Shown: piece after piece, positions 51,164 through 61,748 of the stretch
Layout of the letters: the number at the start of each line of letters is the position of its first letter
Numbering within the stretch: the stretch's first letter is position 1
Assembly (NCBI GenBank): GCA_963758635.1
Contig: CAVWWD010000006.1
Span: 32,001-96,000, forward strand
Source of the DNA: an uncultured Candidatus Rokubacteria bacterium
GTDB lineage: Bacteria; Methylomirabilota; Methylomirabilia; Rokubacteriales; CSP1-6
Direction of reading: 5' to 3'
DNA length: 64,000 bases
Notes under the pieces: model-generated
Databases searched by the model: none
What the model was told of the DNA's origin: nothing
The model's input: the letters and a program-made list of their open reading frames with translations, nothing else
Translations under genes and position numbers: made by a program

Positions 51164-52771
51164 TCACCGGCTCGCCACGGGGGCGATCTGCGCGGGCGGC
51201 GCGAAGGCCGTCCCCGCCGCGGCCACGATGTCCATGAACCCGAGGCACAGCTCCTCGCGCGCGGCGACGAACCTCTCGTAGTCGGTGGTGCGGAGGTACG
51301 CGAAGACCTCCACCTGCAGCGCGTCGCTCCCGAACCCCACGAGCCGGACCCGCGCCGGATCCGGGTCCACCAGCGGGTGGGCGGAGAGGGCGTCCCGGAT
51401 CCGGGCCAGCACCGCCCGGAGCTGATCCGGCGTGGTCTCGTAGCGCAGCCGGAGCCTGGTCTCGAAGAGCAGGCGGTCGCGTCGCTGCAGGTTGTCCACG
51501 TGCAGGGTGAAGAACTGCGCGTTCGGCACCGAGACCACCGAGCGCTCGAGGGTGCGGATGCGCGTGGACCAGAGCCCGATCCGCTCCACCGTACCCTGCC
51601 GCTCGCCGATGCGGCAGAAGTCGCCCACCCGGACGGGCTGGTCGCCGATCACCACGAGCCCGCCGAAGAGGTTCTCGACCGTCCGCTGGGCGGCCAGCGC
51701 GATGCCGATGCTGCCCACCCCCACCGCGGCGATCAGCGTGGTCGGCTGGACCCCGACCGCCTCGAACAGGAGCAGCGCGGACAGGGTGACGACGAGGATC
51801 CGCGCCGCGCGCTGGATGAGGTCGATCAGCGTGGGGCTGTCGCCGCGGCCGATCGCGCGATGACGGGCGTGGAGGGTCGTCACCTCGACGAAGCGCAGCA
51901 CCATCCAGGTCAACGCGACGACGAGCAGGATCTGCTGCGCGGCCGACACCACGGGCAGGACCAGCACCGGGAGCGACAGCGCGGGCTGGCCGATGCGGAA
52001 GATGGCCAGGGCGAGCAGCGTCCGGAGGGGCCCGACCGCCTTGCCCAACGCCGGGTCGTCGGTGGGGGCGAATCGCGTGAGCGAGAGGAAACGTCGCGTG
52101 AGGGGCAGCCCCGGCCGCACCACCGCCCAGGCGATCAGCAGCGACACGCCGGCCAGCACCAGCAGCCCGATCCACTGCCAGAGCGCGAGCCCCAGGATCC
52201 GCGTCTCGACGAAGACGGGAGGCAGCCAGCGCCCGACCAGACCGTAGCTGAAGCGCCAGTGGAGGTTGGGAACGTGCCGGAGGGTCTCCCGCGAGAACTG
52301 CCAGATGAGGAGGCCGTCGTCGCGCGGCACCCGCTCGAGCTGGATCGACATCGTCGCGTTGTCCAGCTCGACCCGGCTCACCGTCTGCACGCCGCCCCGC
52401 ATGCCCGCTTCCCGGCGGCCCTCGGGCTCGTCGGCCAGGGCGGCCAGGTCGATGCGCGTGTTGTCGAGGATGACCCGGAGCTGGCGCGCCATCTCCGGTC
52501 CCTTCGCGATGTCGGCCAGCGGCCGGCCGCGGAGGTCGAGGTACCGGGCCGCGCGCGCGTAGTCGTAGGTCGCGGTGGCCTGGAGGAAACCCTGCACGGT
52601 CCCACGCGGGCTGCCGCGGCCGAGCTCGTCTGGCGCCACGCTCTCGGGCGGGCGCTCCGCGGGGGCGCCGGCGGAGGGTGCCGAGGGCGGGCTGGACATC
52701 GGGGGGGCGGCGAGCGACGCCGCCGGACCGACGAGCATCAGGATCGCGAACACGACGAGGATCCGCGTCAT
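51164..52771 (-). CDS. MscS family mechanosensitive channel with periplasmic N-domain
   Basis: IALAAQRTVENLFGG, VGDFC, GTVERIGLWSTRIRT, VPN. Confidence 0.9.
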   Translation of the reverse strand: MTRILVVFAILMLVGPAASLAAPPMSSPPSAPSAGAPAERPPESVAPDELGRGSPRGTVQGFLQATATYDYARAARYLDLRGRPLADIAKGPEMARQLRVILDNTRIDLAALADEPEGRREAGMRGGVQTVSRVELDNATMSIQLERVPRDDGLLIWQFSRETLRHVPNLHWRFSYGLVGRWLPPVFVETRILGLALWQWIGLLVLAGVSLLIAWAVVRPGLPLTRRFLSLTRFAPTDDPALGKAVGPLRTLLALAIFRIGQPALSLPVLVLPVVSAAQQILLVVALTWMVLRFVEVTTLHARHRAIGRGDSPTLIDLIQRAARILVVTLSALLLFEAVGVQPTTLIAAVGVGSIGIALAAQRTVENLFGGLVVIGDQPVRVGDFCRIGERQGTVERIGLWSTRIRTLERSVVSVPNAQFFTLHVDNLQRRDRLLFETRLRLRYETTPDQLRAVLARIRDALSAHPLVDPDPARVRLVGFGSDALQVEVFAYLRTTDYERFVAAREELCLGFMDIVAAAGTAFAPPAQIAPVASR

Positions 52772-52810
52772 GCCGACCTCACCGTCGCCTCAGGATGGAC
52801 CAGCAAGCCA

Positions 52811-52826
52811 TGGGACGAAGGTCTCA
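52811..52826. promoter_or_regulatory. Candidate box TGGGACGAAGGTCTCA
   Basis: Same motif, between the divergent mscS and aspT remnant. Confidence 0.55.
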
Positions 52827-52891
52827 TGGTCGGCGGCGATGATTCCGGCATTCTGCCGTCGTCGAGCCATCTCCTGGGCCCAGGAGGACAC

Positions 52892-53050
52892 ATGAACTGG
52901 ATCGCCACCGTCCGGGGGCAGCGTCCCGGGCTCGCCCTCTTCCTCACGCTCGCCATCGGCTACGCGCTCGGAAGGATCCGGATCGGCAGCGTGCAGCTCG
53001 GCGCCGTGACCGGGTGCTGCTGGTCGCCCTGTGGGGAACGGTCGTGCTGA
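52892..53050 (+). pseudogene. N-terminal remnant of an AspT/YidE/YbjL antiporter
   Basis: Strong RBS; LALFLTLAIGYALGRIRIGSVQLGAVTG, then the frame breaks. Confidence 0.65.
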
Positions 53051-53457
53051 TCCTGATGGCGCGCGCTGACGCTTCGTGCTCCGCCGCGCCCCGCCGACGT
53101 CGTCGATGACGACGGGCGCGAGTTCGCCTATCATCGGCGCGTCAGCAGATCGGCGAGCTCGAGGCCATCGTCCCGGACAAGAAGACCGTCGGGGTCGCCA
53201 TGCTCCGGCACACCGACGCCAAGTGGGCGGCGGACCTGAGCGACCTGCCCCCGGCCTGCAAGGCGGAGCCGGAGCCCAGAGACCGTCCGGGACGTGCGCG
53301 AGCGCATCGCCGAGATCCCGACACGGCTCCTCCTGCAGTCGGAATGCGACCGCCAGCTCCTCACGACGGCGGCGACCAAGCTGGTCAACGAGCACCGCGG
53401 CACGATCCTGGAGTTCATGAACCAAAAATAGCGGCAGCCTGAGAGGGAGGACAGACG

Positions 53458-53937
53458 ATGCGACGTGGATCAGTGGGCGCCCTGGCGATCGCGGCACTGC
53501 TCGCCGGCATGCTCGGCGGGCCGGCCGCGGCCCAGGACAAGCCGGCCGACAACATGGAGCTGCTCCGTGAGAAGGCGCGAACGGACAAGAAGGTCGTGGT
53601 CGCCTCGGTGCTCGAGCTGACGGAGGGCGAGGCCAAGGGGTTCTGGCCCGTCTACAACGCGTACCAGAGCGACATGGTCACCCACTACGACCGCATGTTG
53701 AAGCTCATCGACGACTACACGAAGGCGTATGGCACCATGAGCGACGAGACGGCGGCGAAGCTCCTCGGCGACTACCTGTCCATGGAGTCCTCGTACGTCT
53801 CCATGCTGAAGGCCTACCTGCCGCGCTTCCAGAAGGTGCTGCCCGCCACGAAGGTGGCGCGGCTGTACCAGGTCGAGAACAAGCTCCGGGCCCTCCTGAA
53901 CTACGACCTGGCCCGCACCATCCCCCTGGCCAGATAA
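53458..53937 (+). CDS. Hypothetical exported helical protein
   Basis: Signal peptide AAA-Q; LTEGEAKGFWPVYNAYQ. Confidence 0.8.
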   Translation: MRRGSVGALAIAALLAGMLGGPAAAQDKPADNMELLREKARTDKKVVVASVLELTEGEAKGFWPVYNAYQSDMVTHYDRMLKLIDDYTKAYGTMSDETAAKLLGDYLSMESSYVSMLKAYLPRFQKVLPATKVARLYQVENKLRALLNYDLARTIPLAR

Positions 53938-53945
53938 AGGAGCCC

Positions 53946-54509
53946 ATGATGCGCGGCACACGTCTCGGAGCTGGTCTCGTCCTTGTGCTCGCGGTCCTGG
54001 TGGCCACGCCGTTGTCCGCGACGCCCGTGCTCGCCGCGTCCGCGGCGGAGATCAACCGCGACGCCGAGGCCGCCGTCGCCCGGCTGGTCGCCGCCGTGCC
54101 CAGCGCACGCGAGCTCGCGCAGAAGGCAAAGGCCGTCCTCGTGTTCCCGAATATCGTCAAGGCCGGGTTCATGTTCGGCGCCCAGTACGGCGACGGGGCG
54201 CTCCGGCGCCAGGGCAAGACGGTGGGCTACTACAACACGGTGGCCGCGTCCTACGGCCTGCAGGCCGGCGTGCAGTCCTTCGGCTACGCCCTGCTCTTCA
54301 TGAACGACGCGGCGCTGGCGCAGCTGGACAAGACCGGGGGGTTCGAGCTCGGCGTGGGGCCCAGCATCGTGATCCTGGACGAGGGGAAGGCCAAGGCCGT
54401 CACGACCACCACCGTTCACGAGGACATCTACGCGTTCATCTTCGGCCAGAAGGGCCTGATGGCGGGCATGGGGTTGCAGGGTTCGAAGATCAGCAAGATC
54501 GCGCGCTGA
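53946..54509 (+). CDS. YSC84/SYLF-like lipid-binding domain protein
   Basis: AKAVLVFPNIVKAGFMFGAQYGDG, SYGLQAG, QKGLMAG. Confidence 0.85.
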   Translation: MMRGTRLGAGLVLVLAVLVATPLSATPVLAASAAEINRDAEAAVARLVAAVPSARELAQKAKAVLVFPNIVKAGFMFGAQYGDGALRRQGKTVGYYNTVAASYGLQAGVQSFGYALLFMNDAALAQLDKTGGFELGVGPSIVILDEGKAKAVTTTTVHEDIYAFIFGQKGLMAGMGLQGSKISKIAR

Positions 54510-54603
54510 GCCGTCCCGACACTGCGACGGGACGGAGGGCGGGATCGCGAGCGGCGGGGCAGGACCCGGGGCGCACGGGGCCCGAATCCGGAAGGAGGAG
54601 TCC

Positions 54604-55162
54604 ATGGCGCGCATGGCGGCGGTGCTGGTGACACTGATGCTCGTCGGCGGAACGATGCTCACGGCCGCGCCAGGGGCGCACGGTGAGGAGGCGACGGCCC
54701 GTCTCGTCTCCGCCGTTCGTGGCCAGGGGTTCTTCTTCGAGATCGGCGAGCGCCGGGCCCTCGTCATGGGCGCGCTGCAGGGCACGCTCTACGTCGAGTC
54801 GGGCGCGGACGCCCTCGACGGGACGTGGATGGTCTGCCCGAGCAGCTTCACGATCGATCCGCTCGCGCAGTCCTTCGAGGCCGAGGGCTACTGCACGATC
54901 GCCCGGGGCGAGGAGCACAAGATCTACGGGCGCTGGACCTGCGCGGGCGTCCTCACCAAGGGGTGCCGGGGACGCTTCACGATCACGGGGGGCACCGGCC
55001 GGTTCGCGGGCGTGAGCCGGTGAGAGCGAGATCTTCATGCGCACGCACTTGACTGACGTCACCGCCCCCGAGAAGGGTATCCCGCGCTCGCCGATCGGCG
55101 CCGCCCAGGAGACGGGGGTCGGGCTCATCACCTTCACCGCCCTGCGCTACCGGACGCCGTGA
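54604..55162 (+). CDS. Hypothetical exported beta-rich protein (frameshift near 55017)
   Basis: RBS GGAGG, signal peptide, GGTGRFAGVSG. Confidence 0.7.
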
Positions 55163-55208
55163 CGGCGGGCGCAGCACGCCCGGCCCGTCACCAGCGGCCG
55201 GCGACCGG

Positions 55209-56060
55209 TCACTCGGGGAGGCTGTTGATCAGGAACATGGCGCCGATGACCGGGCCCGCCGTGGTGATCGACTCGAACCACCGCTCGTAGATCCCCGCGA
55301 CCTCCCCCGAGCGGTACAGCGCGGCCAGCGCGCGGTTGACGGACAGTCGGAAGGCCGCGTCGTTCCTCCGCATCATGAGCCCGTAGGGCTCGTAGGAGAA
55401 CAGCTCGGTGTTGAGCGTGAGCTTCTCCGGGCTCTTCGAGGTCCGCCCGATCCCGATCAGGATAACGCGGTCGGACGCGTAGGCGTCGGCGGCGTTACTG
55501 TCGAGGGCGGCCACGCCGGCGTCGTGGTCCTTTACGGGCACCACCGTGGCCGTGACAGAGAGCTTCTTCATGGCCGTGTTGAGGCTGGTCTCCGTGGTCG
55601 TGCCGGGGATGACGGCGACCCGCTTGCCCCCGAGCGTCCCCACGCCGCGCACCCCCGAGGCCTCCACGATCAGGAGGCTCCCGCCGTCGATGAAGGTCAG
55701 CAGGCTGAAGTCCACCTGCTCCTGACGGGACAGCGAGGCGGTGGTCGAGCCGCACTCGAGGTCGATCGCGCCGTTGACGACGGACGGGATCCGGTTCTGC
55801 ACCGTGACCTTCGCCCACTTGACCTGGAGCGACGGCAGCGCGAGCTGCTTGCCGATGGCGGCGGCGACCCGGGTGCACAGGTCCACCGAGTAGCCGGTGG
55901 GCCGGCCGCCGTCGCCGGCGAACGAGAACGGGCGCGACGCCTCCCGATAGCCGAGCGTGATCGTGTTGGTGCGCTTGATCTTCTGCAGGGTGTCCTCCGC
56001 CGCTCCCGCCGGGGCGGCGAGGAACAGCGACATCGACAGCAGCACGAGCCATGGGATCAC
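55209..56060 (-). CDS. Amino-acid ABC substrate-binding protein (GltI-like), orphan
   Basis: LGYREASRPFSF, IDLECGSTT, EPYGLM. Confidence 0.9.
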   Translation of the reverse strand: MIPWLVLLSMSLFLAAPAGAAEDTLQKIKRTNTITLGYREASRPFSFAGDGGRPTGYSVDLCTRVAAAIGKQLALPSLQVKWAKVTVQNRIPSVVNGAIDLECGSTTASLSRQEQVDFSLLTFIDGGSLLIVEASGVRGVGTLGGKRVAVIPGTTTETSLNTAMKKLSVTATVVPVKDHDAGVAALDSNAADAYASDRVILIGIGRTSKSPEKLTLNTELFSYEPYGLMMRRNDAAFRLSVNRALAALYRSGEVAGIYERWFESITTAGPVIGAMFLINSLPE

Positions 56061-56122
56061 GGAAGTCTCCTCTGGTTGTGAGAGCGCGCCGGATGGGCCC
56101 GGGCTCGCGCCCGGGGCCGGCG

Positions 56123-57178
56123 TCAAGGGACGCGGCCGGACAGCTCCAGCACCTGGCCGGCGCGCAGGATCTCGACCTTGAAGGGGGAGCCGGGGGGTAT
56201 CCGGTTCAGCGCGTCCCGGATCTTCCCGAGGTTGGGCGCGCTCGCGGCCATCCCCTCGACGGTCAGGATGATGTCGCCGCCCAGCGGCACCTCCTGCCCG
56301 GCGATGTTCACGAGCATCGTGCCGCCGCGGAGGCCGATCTGGTCGGCCGGGGAGTCCTTCGCCACTGTCTTGACCATGAATCCGCTCGTCCGGGGCGGGA
56401 GGTTCAGGAGATCGGACACCTGGTTGCTGAGCACCACCCCTTCGAGCCCCGACCAGAACGAACGCTTCTCGAGCAGGAGCTGCTTGGCCGTGTTGAGGGT
56501 GACGACGAAGCCGAGGCCCTCGCTCCCCCCGCCCTTGGAGATGTTGTGGCTCACGATACCGACGACCTCTCCGTTCATGCCGAAGAGCGGCCCGCCCGAG
56601 TTGCCGGTGTTGATGACGGCGTCGGTCTGGAAGAACTCGGCCAGGGGCATGGTCTTGTACACGGTGTTCGGGGCCCAGCGCGCGCTGATGTAGCCCACGC
56701 TCAGGGAATAGGAGAGCCCGTACGGCGCGCCGACCACGATGACCTGGTCGCCCACCTGGACGGTGTCCGAGTCCGCCATCCTGGCCACCTTGGCCCCCGA
56801 GGGCACGCGCTCGAGCTGCAGCAGCGAGAGGTCGGCCGCGGGCTCCGACGCAATCACCCGCGCCGCGACCGTCTCGCCGCCGAGGAAGTCCACGGAGATC
56901 TCGTCCATCAGGTGCACGACGTGCGCCGCCGTCATGACCTTGCCGTCCGCGGAGATGAGGACGCCGGATCCCGTCTCGAGGAACCGCGTCTGGCCGGCCG
57001 CCGTCACGTCGCCGCCCCGGGCGCGGATCACGACCACGGAGGGCGTGACGGAGCGGAAGACGTCGCGCACGGTCTGCGCCGTGGCCGGGGGCGCGGCCAC
57101 GCCCATGACGCCCGCGGCCAGCGAGCCGCCCAGCAGCACACCGGCGACCGCTCGCCGGATCGATCCCGGCTCCCTCAT
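56123..57178 (-). CDS. HtrA/DegP-like serine protease with PDZ
   Basis: TAAHVV, DLSLL, GNSGGPL, GDIILTVEG; TTGACA-N17-TATGGC upstream. Confidence 0.9.
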   Translation of the reverse strand: MREPGSIRRAVAGVLLGGSLAAGVMGVAAPPATAQTVRDVFRSVTPSVVVIRARGGDVTAAGQTRFLETGSGVLISADGKVMTAAHVVHLMDEISVDFLGGETVAARVIASEPAADLSLLQLERVPSGAKVARMADSDTVQVGDQVIVVGAPYGLSYSLSVGYISARWAPNTVYKTMPLAEFFQTDAVINTGNSGGPLFGMNGEVVGIVSHNISKGGGSEGLGFVVTLNTAKQLLLEKRSFWSGLEGVVLSNQVSDLLNLPPRTSGFMVKTVAKDSPADQIGLRGGTMLVNIAGQEVPLGGDIILTVEGMAASAPNLGKIRDALNRIPPGSPFKVEILRAGQVLELSGRVP

Positions 57179-57338
57179 GACCCTCCTCTCGATGGATCCT
57201 CGCGAGTACGCCATAGCGCGAGCCCGGCGGCATGTCAATGCCGCGGTCGCGGACGGCGCTGCCGCTCCGCAACTCCGCCTCGGAGATCTTGCCGTCCTCC
57301 GGGCCCATGATGCTGCCGCCCGTGGCGGGGTCGTCCTA

Positions 57339-57354
57339 TGGGACCTTGGCCGTA
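57339..57354. promoter_or_regulatory. Candidate box (reverse complement TACGGCCAAGGTCCCA)
   Basis: Motif match upstream of the HtrA gene. Confidence 0.5.
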
Positions 57355-57371
57355 CGCCGCGCGGCCGTCGG

Positions 57372-57758
57372 TCAGGAGGCGGGGTAGGAGCAGGGACCCA
57401 GGGCGCGATCGATGGCCTCGAGCAGCTCCCCGTCGTCGAACGGCTTCGAGAGGAAGGCCACCGCGCCCGTCTCGATCATCTGACGCCGGAGCCCCTCGTC
57501 GCCGTGGGCGGTGATCGCGACGACGCGCAGATCGGGCTCCGCCACGGCGAGGCGCCGCTGCAGCTCGGGGCCGCTCATGCCGGGCAGGCGCACGTCGAGC
57601 ACGAGGCACGCGGGCCGGCGCGAGTGGTCCGAGGCGAGGAAGTCGGGCGCGGTCTCCGAGGCCGCCGCGTCGAAGCCCGCGGCCCGGATCAGCCGGACCA
57701 GGGCCCGACGCACCGAAGGATCGTCGTCGACGACGTAGACGATGGGACGCTGGTCCAC
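57372..57758 (-). CDS. Single-domain response regulator (FixJ-like REC)
   Basis: YVVDDD, LDVRLP, FLSKPF. Confidence 0.88.
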   Translation of the reverse strand: MDQRPIVYVVDDDPSVRRALVRLIRAAGFDAAASETAPDFLASDHSRRPACLVLDVRLPGMSGPELQRRLAVAEPDLRVVAITAHGDEGLRRQMIETGAVAFLSKPFDDGELLEAIDRALGPCSYPAS

Positions 57759-57896
57759 GGGACCTCGATGGAGGAGAGCCTTCCGGTCACGGCCGCGAGG
57801 CCCTCGATCCGGACGGGGTTCCCCGCCGGTCTGTCCTGCACGGCGCCGGCGGGTCCCGTCACGGACGATTCAACCGGCGCGGGGAGAGACGGTCAA

Positions 57897-57928
57897 TGAG
57901 ACCTTGGTCGTGTGGGACCTTCACCCTA
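57897..57928. promoter_or_regulatory. Two tandem candidate boxes
   Basis: Reverse complements CACGACCAAGGTCTCA and TAGGGTGAAGGTCCCA. Confidence 0.5.
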
Positions 57929-57970
57929 GAACGGATTCCGGCGACCGATAGGACACACTCCGAGCGACGT

Positions 57971-58609
57971 TCAGCGTTCGGGAGCCGCGTCGGGAGGGAT
58001 GCCCGCCTTCTCGGCGAGCCGGACCAGCTCGGCCAGCGAGCCGGCCCTCATCTTGTGCATGACGCGACCGCGGTGGACCTTGATCGTCTTTTCGCTGGCG
58101 CCCAGCTCCGCGCCGATCTGCTTGTTGAGCAGGCCGACGACGACCAGGGCGAGGACCTGGCGCTCGCGCGGCGTCAACGAGTCCACGCGCGCGCGAATGA
58201 TGTCGTGCTCGGCCCGCTCGGACCGCGCCTGACGGTCGCGGTCCAGGGCGCGCCGGATCGTGCTCAGGAGCACGTCGTCGGACGCGGGCTTCTGCAGGAA
58301 GTCCGCGGCGCCGCTCTTCATCGCCCGCACGCTCGTGACGACGTCGCCGTGCCCGGTGAGGAAGATGATGGGGATCTCGCGGTCGGCCTGACGCAGGGCG
58401 TCCTGGAGCTCGGGACCACTCTGGCCGGGCATGCGCACGTCGAGCACGACGCACGCGGGCTGGTCCCGGAGCTTCGCGGCGAGGAAAGCCTCCGCGGACG
58501 CAAAGGCTTCCACGTCGAATCCCGCCGAGCGCACGAGCCGGGTCAGGGCCCGGCGCACGGAGTCGTCGTCGTCGACGAGGTAGACGATCTCGTCGGCGGC
58601 CACGCTCAC
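57971..58609 (-). CDS. FixJ/TodT-like response regulator
   Basis: YLVDDD, LDVRMP, LTPRERQV, TIKVHRGRV. Confidence 0.93.
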   Translation of the reverse strand: MSVAADEIVYLVDDDDSVRRALTRLVRSAGFDVEAFASAEAFLAAKLRDQPACVVLDVRMPGQSGPELQDALRQADREIPIIFLTGHGDVVTSVRAMKSGAADFLQKPASDDVLLSTIRRALDRDRQARSERAEHDIIRARVDSLTPRERQVLALVVVGLLNKQIGAELGASEKTIKVHRGRVMHKMRAGSLAELVRLAEKAGIPPDAAPER

Positions 58610-58621
58610 CGGTGCACCGCG

Positions 58622-60348
58622 TCAGACCGCCCGCTGACAGAGGACGTTCAGCACCGCGGGCCGCCCGTCCCGCACCGCGGCCAGCCCGCGCTTGAGCGCG
58701 CCCGGCAGCTCGGCCGGGGTCTCCACGCGCTCGCCGTGGCCATCGACCGTGCGGACGATCTCCTCGAAGCGCGGCGAGGGCGTGAGGTCGCTGAGCGGGA
58801 AGCGGCCGCGCGTCTTCGCCACGCCGTCCGGATGCACGGCGAGGGCGCCCGACTTCACCGCCTCCCATCGCTGGTTGTTGAAGATCACCGTGAGCACGGG
58901 AAGATCGTGCGCGCGCTGGACGAACAGGCACGAGAGCGGCTCGCCGAAGAAGTACGCGCCGTCGCCCACGGTGGCGATCACGGTGGCCTCGGGCCGGCCG
59001 AGCTTCACGCCGAGGGCGGCGCCCGAGCCCGAAGCCGAGACCGCTCGAGTGCGGCGACGCGAAGTACGTGCCGGGCCGGGTGAAGGCGGCGAAGCGGCGG
59101 TCGAGCGGGTACTCGTTCACGACGACGGTGCTCTCGTCCATGAGGTCGCCGATGCAGCGCGCGGCCCACGCGAAGCCGATGGTCGGCTTCGCCGACTGGT
59201 CGAGCGCGGTTCGGTCCCACGCGGCGCGGCCGCGCGGCGTGCTCCGCGGCCACCCGCGCGGCTCGCCGCTCCGTCGCGCCGCGGCCGGCATGCCGGCGGA
59301 CGGCCTCGGCGAGGAGCGGCAGCGCCGCGGCGGGCGTGGCCGCGATCGGCACGTCGCACGGGTAGCTCCGCATCGGGTAGCGCGAGAAGAACGGGTCCAC
59401 GCCGAGGTGGATGACGGGCGCGCCCGCCGCGGGCTTGGCGAGCGCCGGATACCACGGCACGTCGGCCTCGATGACGACAATGGCGTCGGCCCCGGCCAGC
59501 GCGGGGTTCGCCGTGCCCGACTGGTTATAGCCGAGGTGCAGCGGGTGGTCGTGGGGGAAGTTCAGGTAGATCGGATCGGCCTCGACCACGGCGATTCCGC
59601 CCGCCTCCGCGAGGTCGACCAGCGCCGCCACCGCGCGAGGATCCAGCCCGGCCGCGGACACGAGGCAGAGCGGCGCCTCGGCGCGCGCGAGGATCCGCGC
59701 CGCCTCGTCGATGCGCGCCGGGTCGGGGAAGCGCTCGCTCCGCACCTGCCGGCGCGCCGGCGAGGTGATGGTGACGGCGTCGTGGCGCATCGCGAGTACC
59801 TCGCGCGGCAGCGTGAGGTACACGGGCCCGCGGGGCTCGGCGAGCATCAGCTCGAGCGCGCGGTCCACCACCGACTCGAGCTGCACCGGCGTGCGCAGCT
59901 CGTAGTCCCACTTCACGTACTCGCGCACCATCGCGGCCTGGTCGAAGCTCTCCTGCGCCCAGTGGATGTGGAGGTCGCGCGCGCCCGGCAGCCCTTCCTC
60001 CGTGATGGGCGTCCGCCCGGCCGACATGAGGATGGGCACGTTGGCGCGCGAGGCGCTGATGAGCGCGGTCGACGCGTTGCCCGTGCCGACCGTCACGTGG
60101 ACCATGGCGGTGGCGGGCCGGCCGGCGCCCAGGTAGTAGCCGTGGGCCATGGAGACGGCGACGAACTCGTGGGGGACCACGAGGGGGCGTGGCGCCGGAT
60201 GTCCCTCCGCCTCGGCCCGCGCGAATCCCTCGACGAGCGAGGCGAAGTCCGTCCCCGCGTTGCCCAGGAACACGTCGATGCCGCGGTCCTTCAGGAGCTC
60301 CAGGTACACCTCGGCCGTCGTCGCGGAGCGAATTGTTCGCGTCGCCAT
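58622..60348 (-). CDS. Thiamine-pyrophosphate enzyme (ALS-like), frameshifts near 59030 and 59230
   Basis: GNAGTDF, PHEFVAVSMAHGY, GPVYLTLPRE, GDG...NN motif. Confidence 0.88.
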
Positions 60349-60541
60349 CGCTCGTCTCCTTGCCTCGGGAATGCGCGCGGAACGGCTCGCGCGGCGCCCA
60401 CATGGTACCGCGCCCCGGGCCTCCCGGTGCGGCCGCTCGCCGGGCGTGCCATGATTGGGCCCTCGACGGTCCACCGGGTGGAGGGGCCGGATCGAACCTC
60501 GCGGGAGGCGCGGCATGAGCGGGACGGCGGGCGGCACGGCC

Positions 60542-60643
60542 ATGGCCCACTACCGCAGCGAGTTCAAGGACGACGAGTCACGGAAGCGCCACCTGATCCG
60601 GCTCTGGTTCCGCGCGGCCGGCCGCCGCTCCTACGACGGCTGA
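60542..60643 (+). pseudogene. Probable C-terminal remnant of a TauD/TfdA-like dioxygenase
   Basis: AHYRSEFKDD...RHLIRLWF resembles the H-x-R...RHLxRLW tail. Confidence 0.45.
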
Positions 60644-60680
60644 CCCTCGCCGTCCCGATCATCAGCTCGAGGAGGACACG

Positions 60681-61517
60681 ATGAGCGCGATCGACACCGA
60701 GCGCGAAGAGACGATCAGCACCCGCGTGGGGAACAAGCTCAAGGGCCGCGTGGCCTTCGTCACCGGCGGCACCCGGGGCATCGGCGCGGCGATCTGCCGG
60801 AGCCTCGCCAGCCAGGGGGCGACCCTCGCCGCGGGCTACGCCGGCAACGACGCCGCGGCCGAGAAGTTCCGCGGCGAGTTCGCGTCCACCTACCTGACGC
60901 CCGTCAGCATCCACAAGGGCAACGTGGGCGAGCCGGCCGACTGCCGCCGCACCATCGACGAGGTGATCACCGCGCACGGCCGGCTCGACATCCTGGTCAA
61001 CAACGCCGGCATCACCGTCGACCGCACGGTGCTTCGCATGTCCGACGAGGACTGGTTCAAGGTCCTCAACGTGAACCTCTCCGGCGCGTTCTTCCTGTCA
61101 CAGGCCGCGCTCCGCCACATGGCCGAGCGCGGGAGCGGACGCATCGTCAACGTGTCGAGCGTGATCGGCGAGATGGGCAACATCGGCCAGGCCAACTACG
61201 CGGCGTCCAAGTCGGGCCTGTTCGGCCTCACCAAGACCCTGGCCCGCGAGGCCGCCTTCCTCCTCGCCAAGGCGGGCAAGCTCACCGACCCCGACGGCAT
61301 CGGCCTCACCGTGAACACGGTCACGCCGGGCTTCGTCGCCACCGAGATGCTCGAGCACGTGCCGCCCAAGGTGATCGAGAAGATCATCGGCCAGATCCCG
61401 GTGGGCCGCCTCGGCAAGCCCGAGGAGATCGCCCGCGTCGTCCACTTCCTCTCCGCCGACGCCTCCTCCTACGTCACCGGCCAGGTCTGGGGCGTCAACG
61501 GCGGCCTCGACATGTAA
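60681..61517 (+). CDS. SDR, acetoacetyl-CoA/3-oxoacyl reductase (PhaB/FabG-like)
   Basis: TGGTRGIG, NNAGIT, GNIGQANYAASK, NGGLDM. Confidence 0.9.
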   Translation: MSAIDTEREETISTRVGNKLKGRVAFVTGGTRGIGAAICRSLASQGATLAAGYAGNDAAAEKFRGEFASTYLTPVSIHKGNVGEPADCRRTIDEVITAHGRLDILVNNAGITVDRTVLRMSDEDWFKVLNVNLSGAFFLSQAALRHMAERGSGRIVNVSSVIGEMGNIGQANYAASKSGLFGLTKTLAREAAFLLAKAGKLTDPDGIGLTVNTVTPGFVATEMLEHVPPKVIEKIIGQIPVGRLGKPEEIARVVHFLSADASSYVTGQVWGVNGGLDM

Positions 61518-61748
61518 CTCGCGCGCGATTCGGTAGGATCGCGTCCTCATCGTCGCCACGAGCGCTCCCCGGCCGTCTGCTCCACGCCCACACCCTCTCC
61601 GGCGCCCCTGGATTCCCTCCCGCCCGAACGTGCGGGGTCGCGGAGTGTGTTAGCCTTCCTCAACCATGCCCCGTGTCTATAGGCCGGTGACGTCCGCCAC
61701 CCTCATGCTGCCGAACCAGGCGAAGACCGTCGAAGGGGTGGAGCCGCG

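Noticed and set aside
53140..53430. Fragment ...IAEIPTRLLLQ...LLTTAATKLV as a patatin-like C-terminus
   Set aside because: Too short and broken to assign by eye
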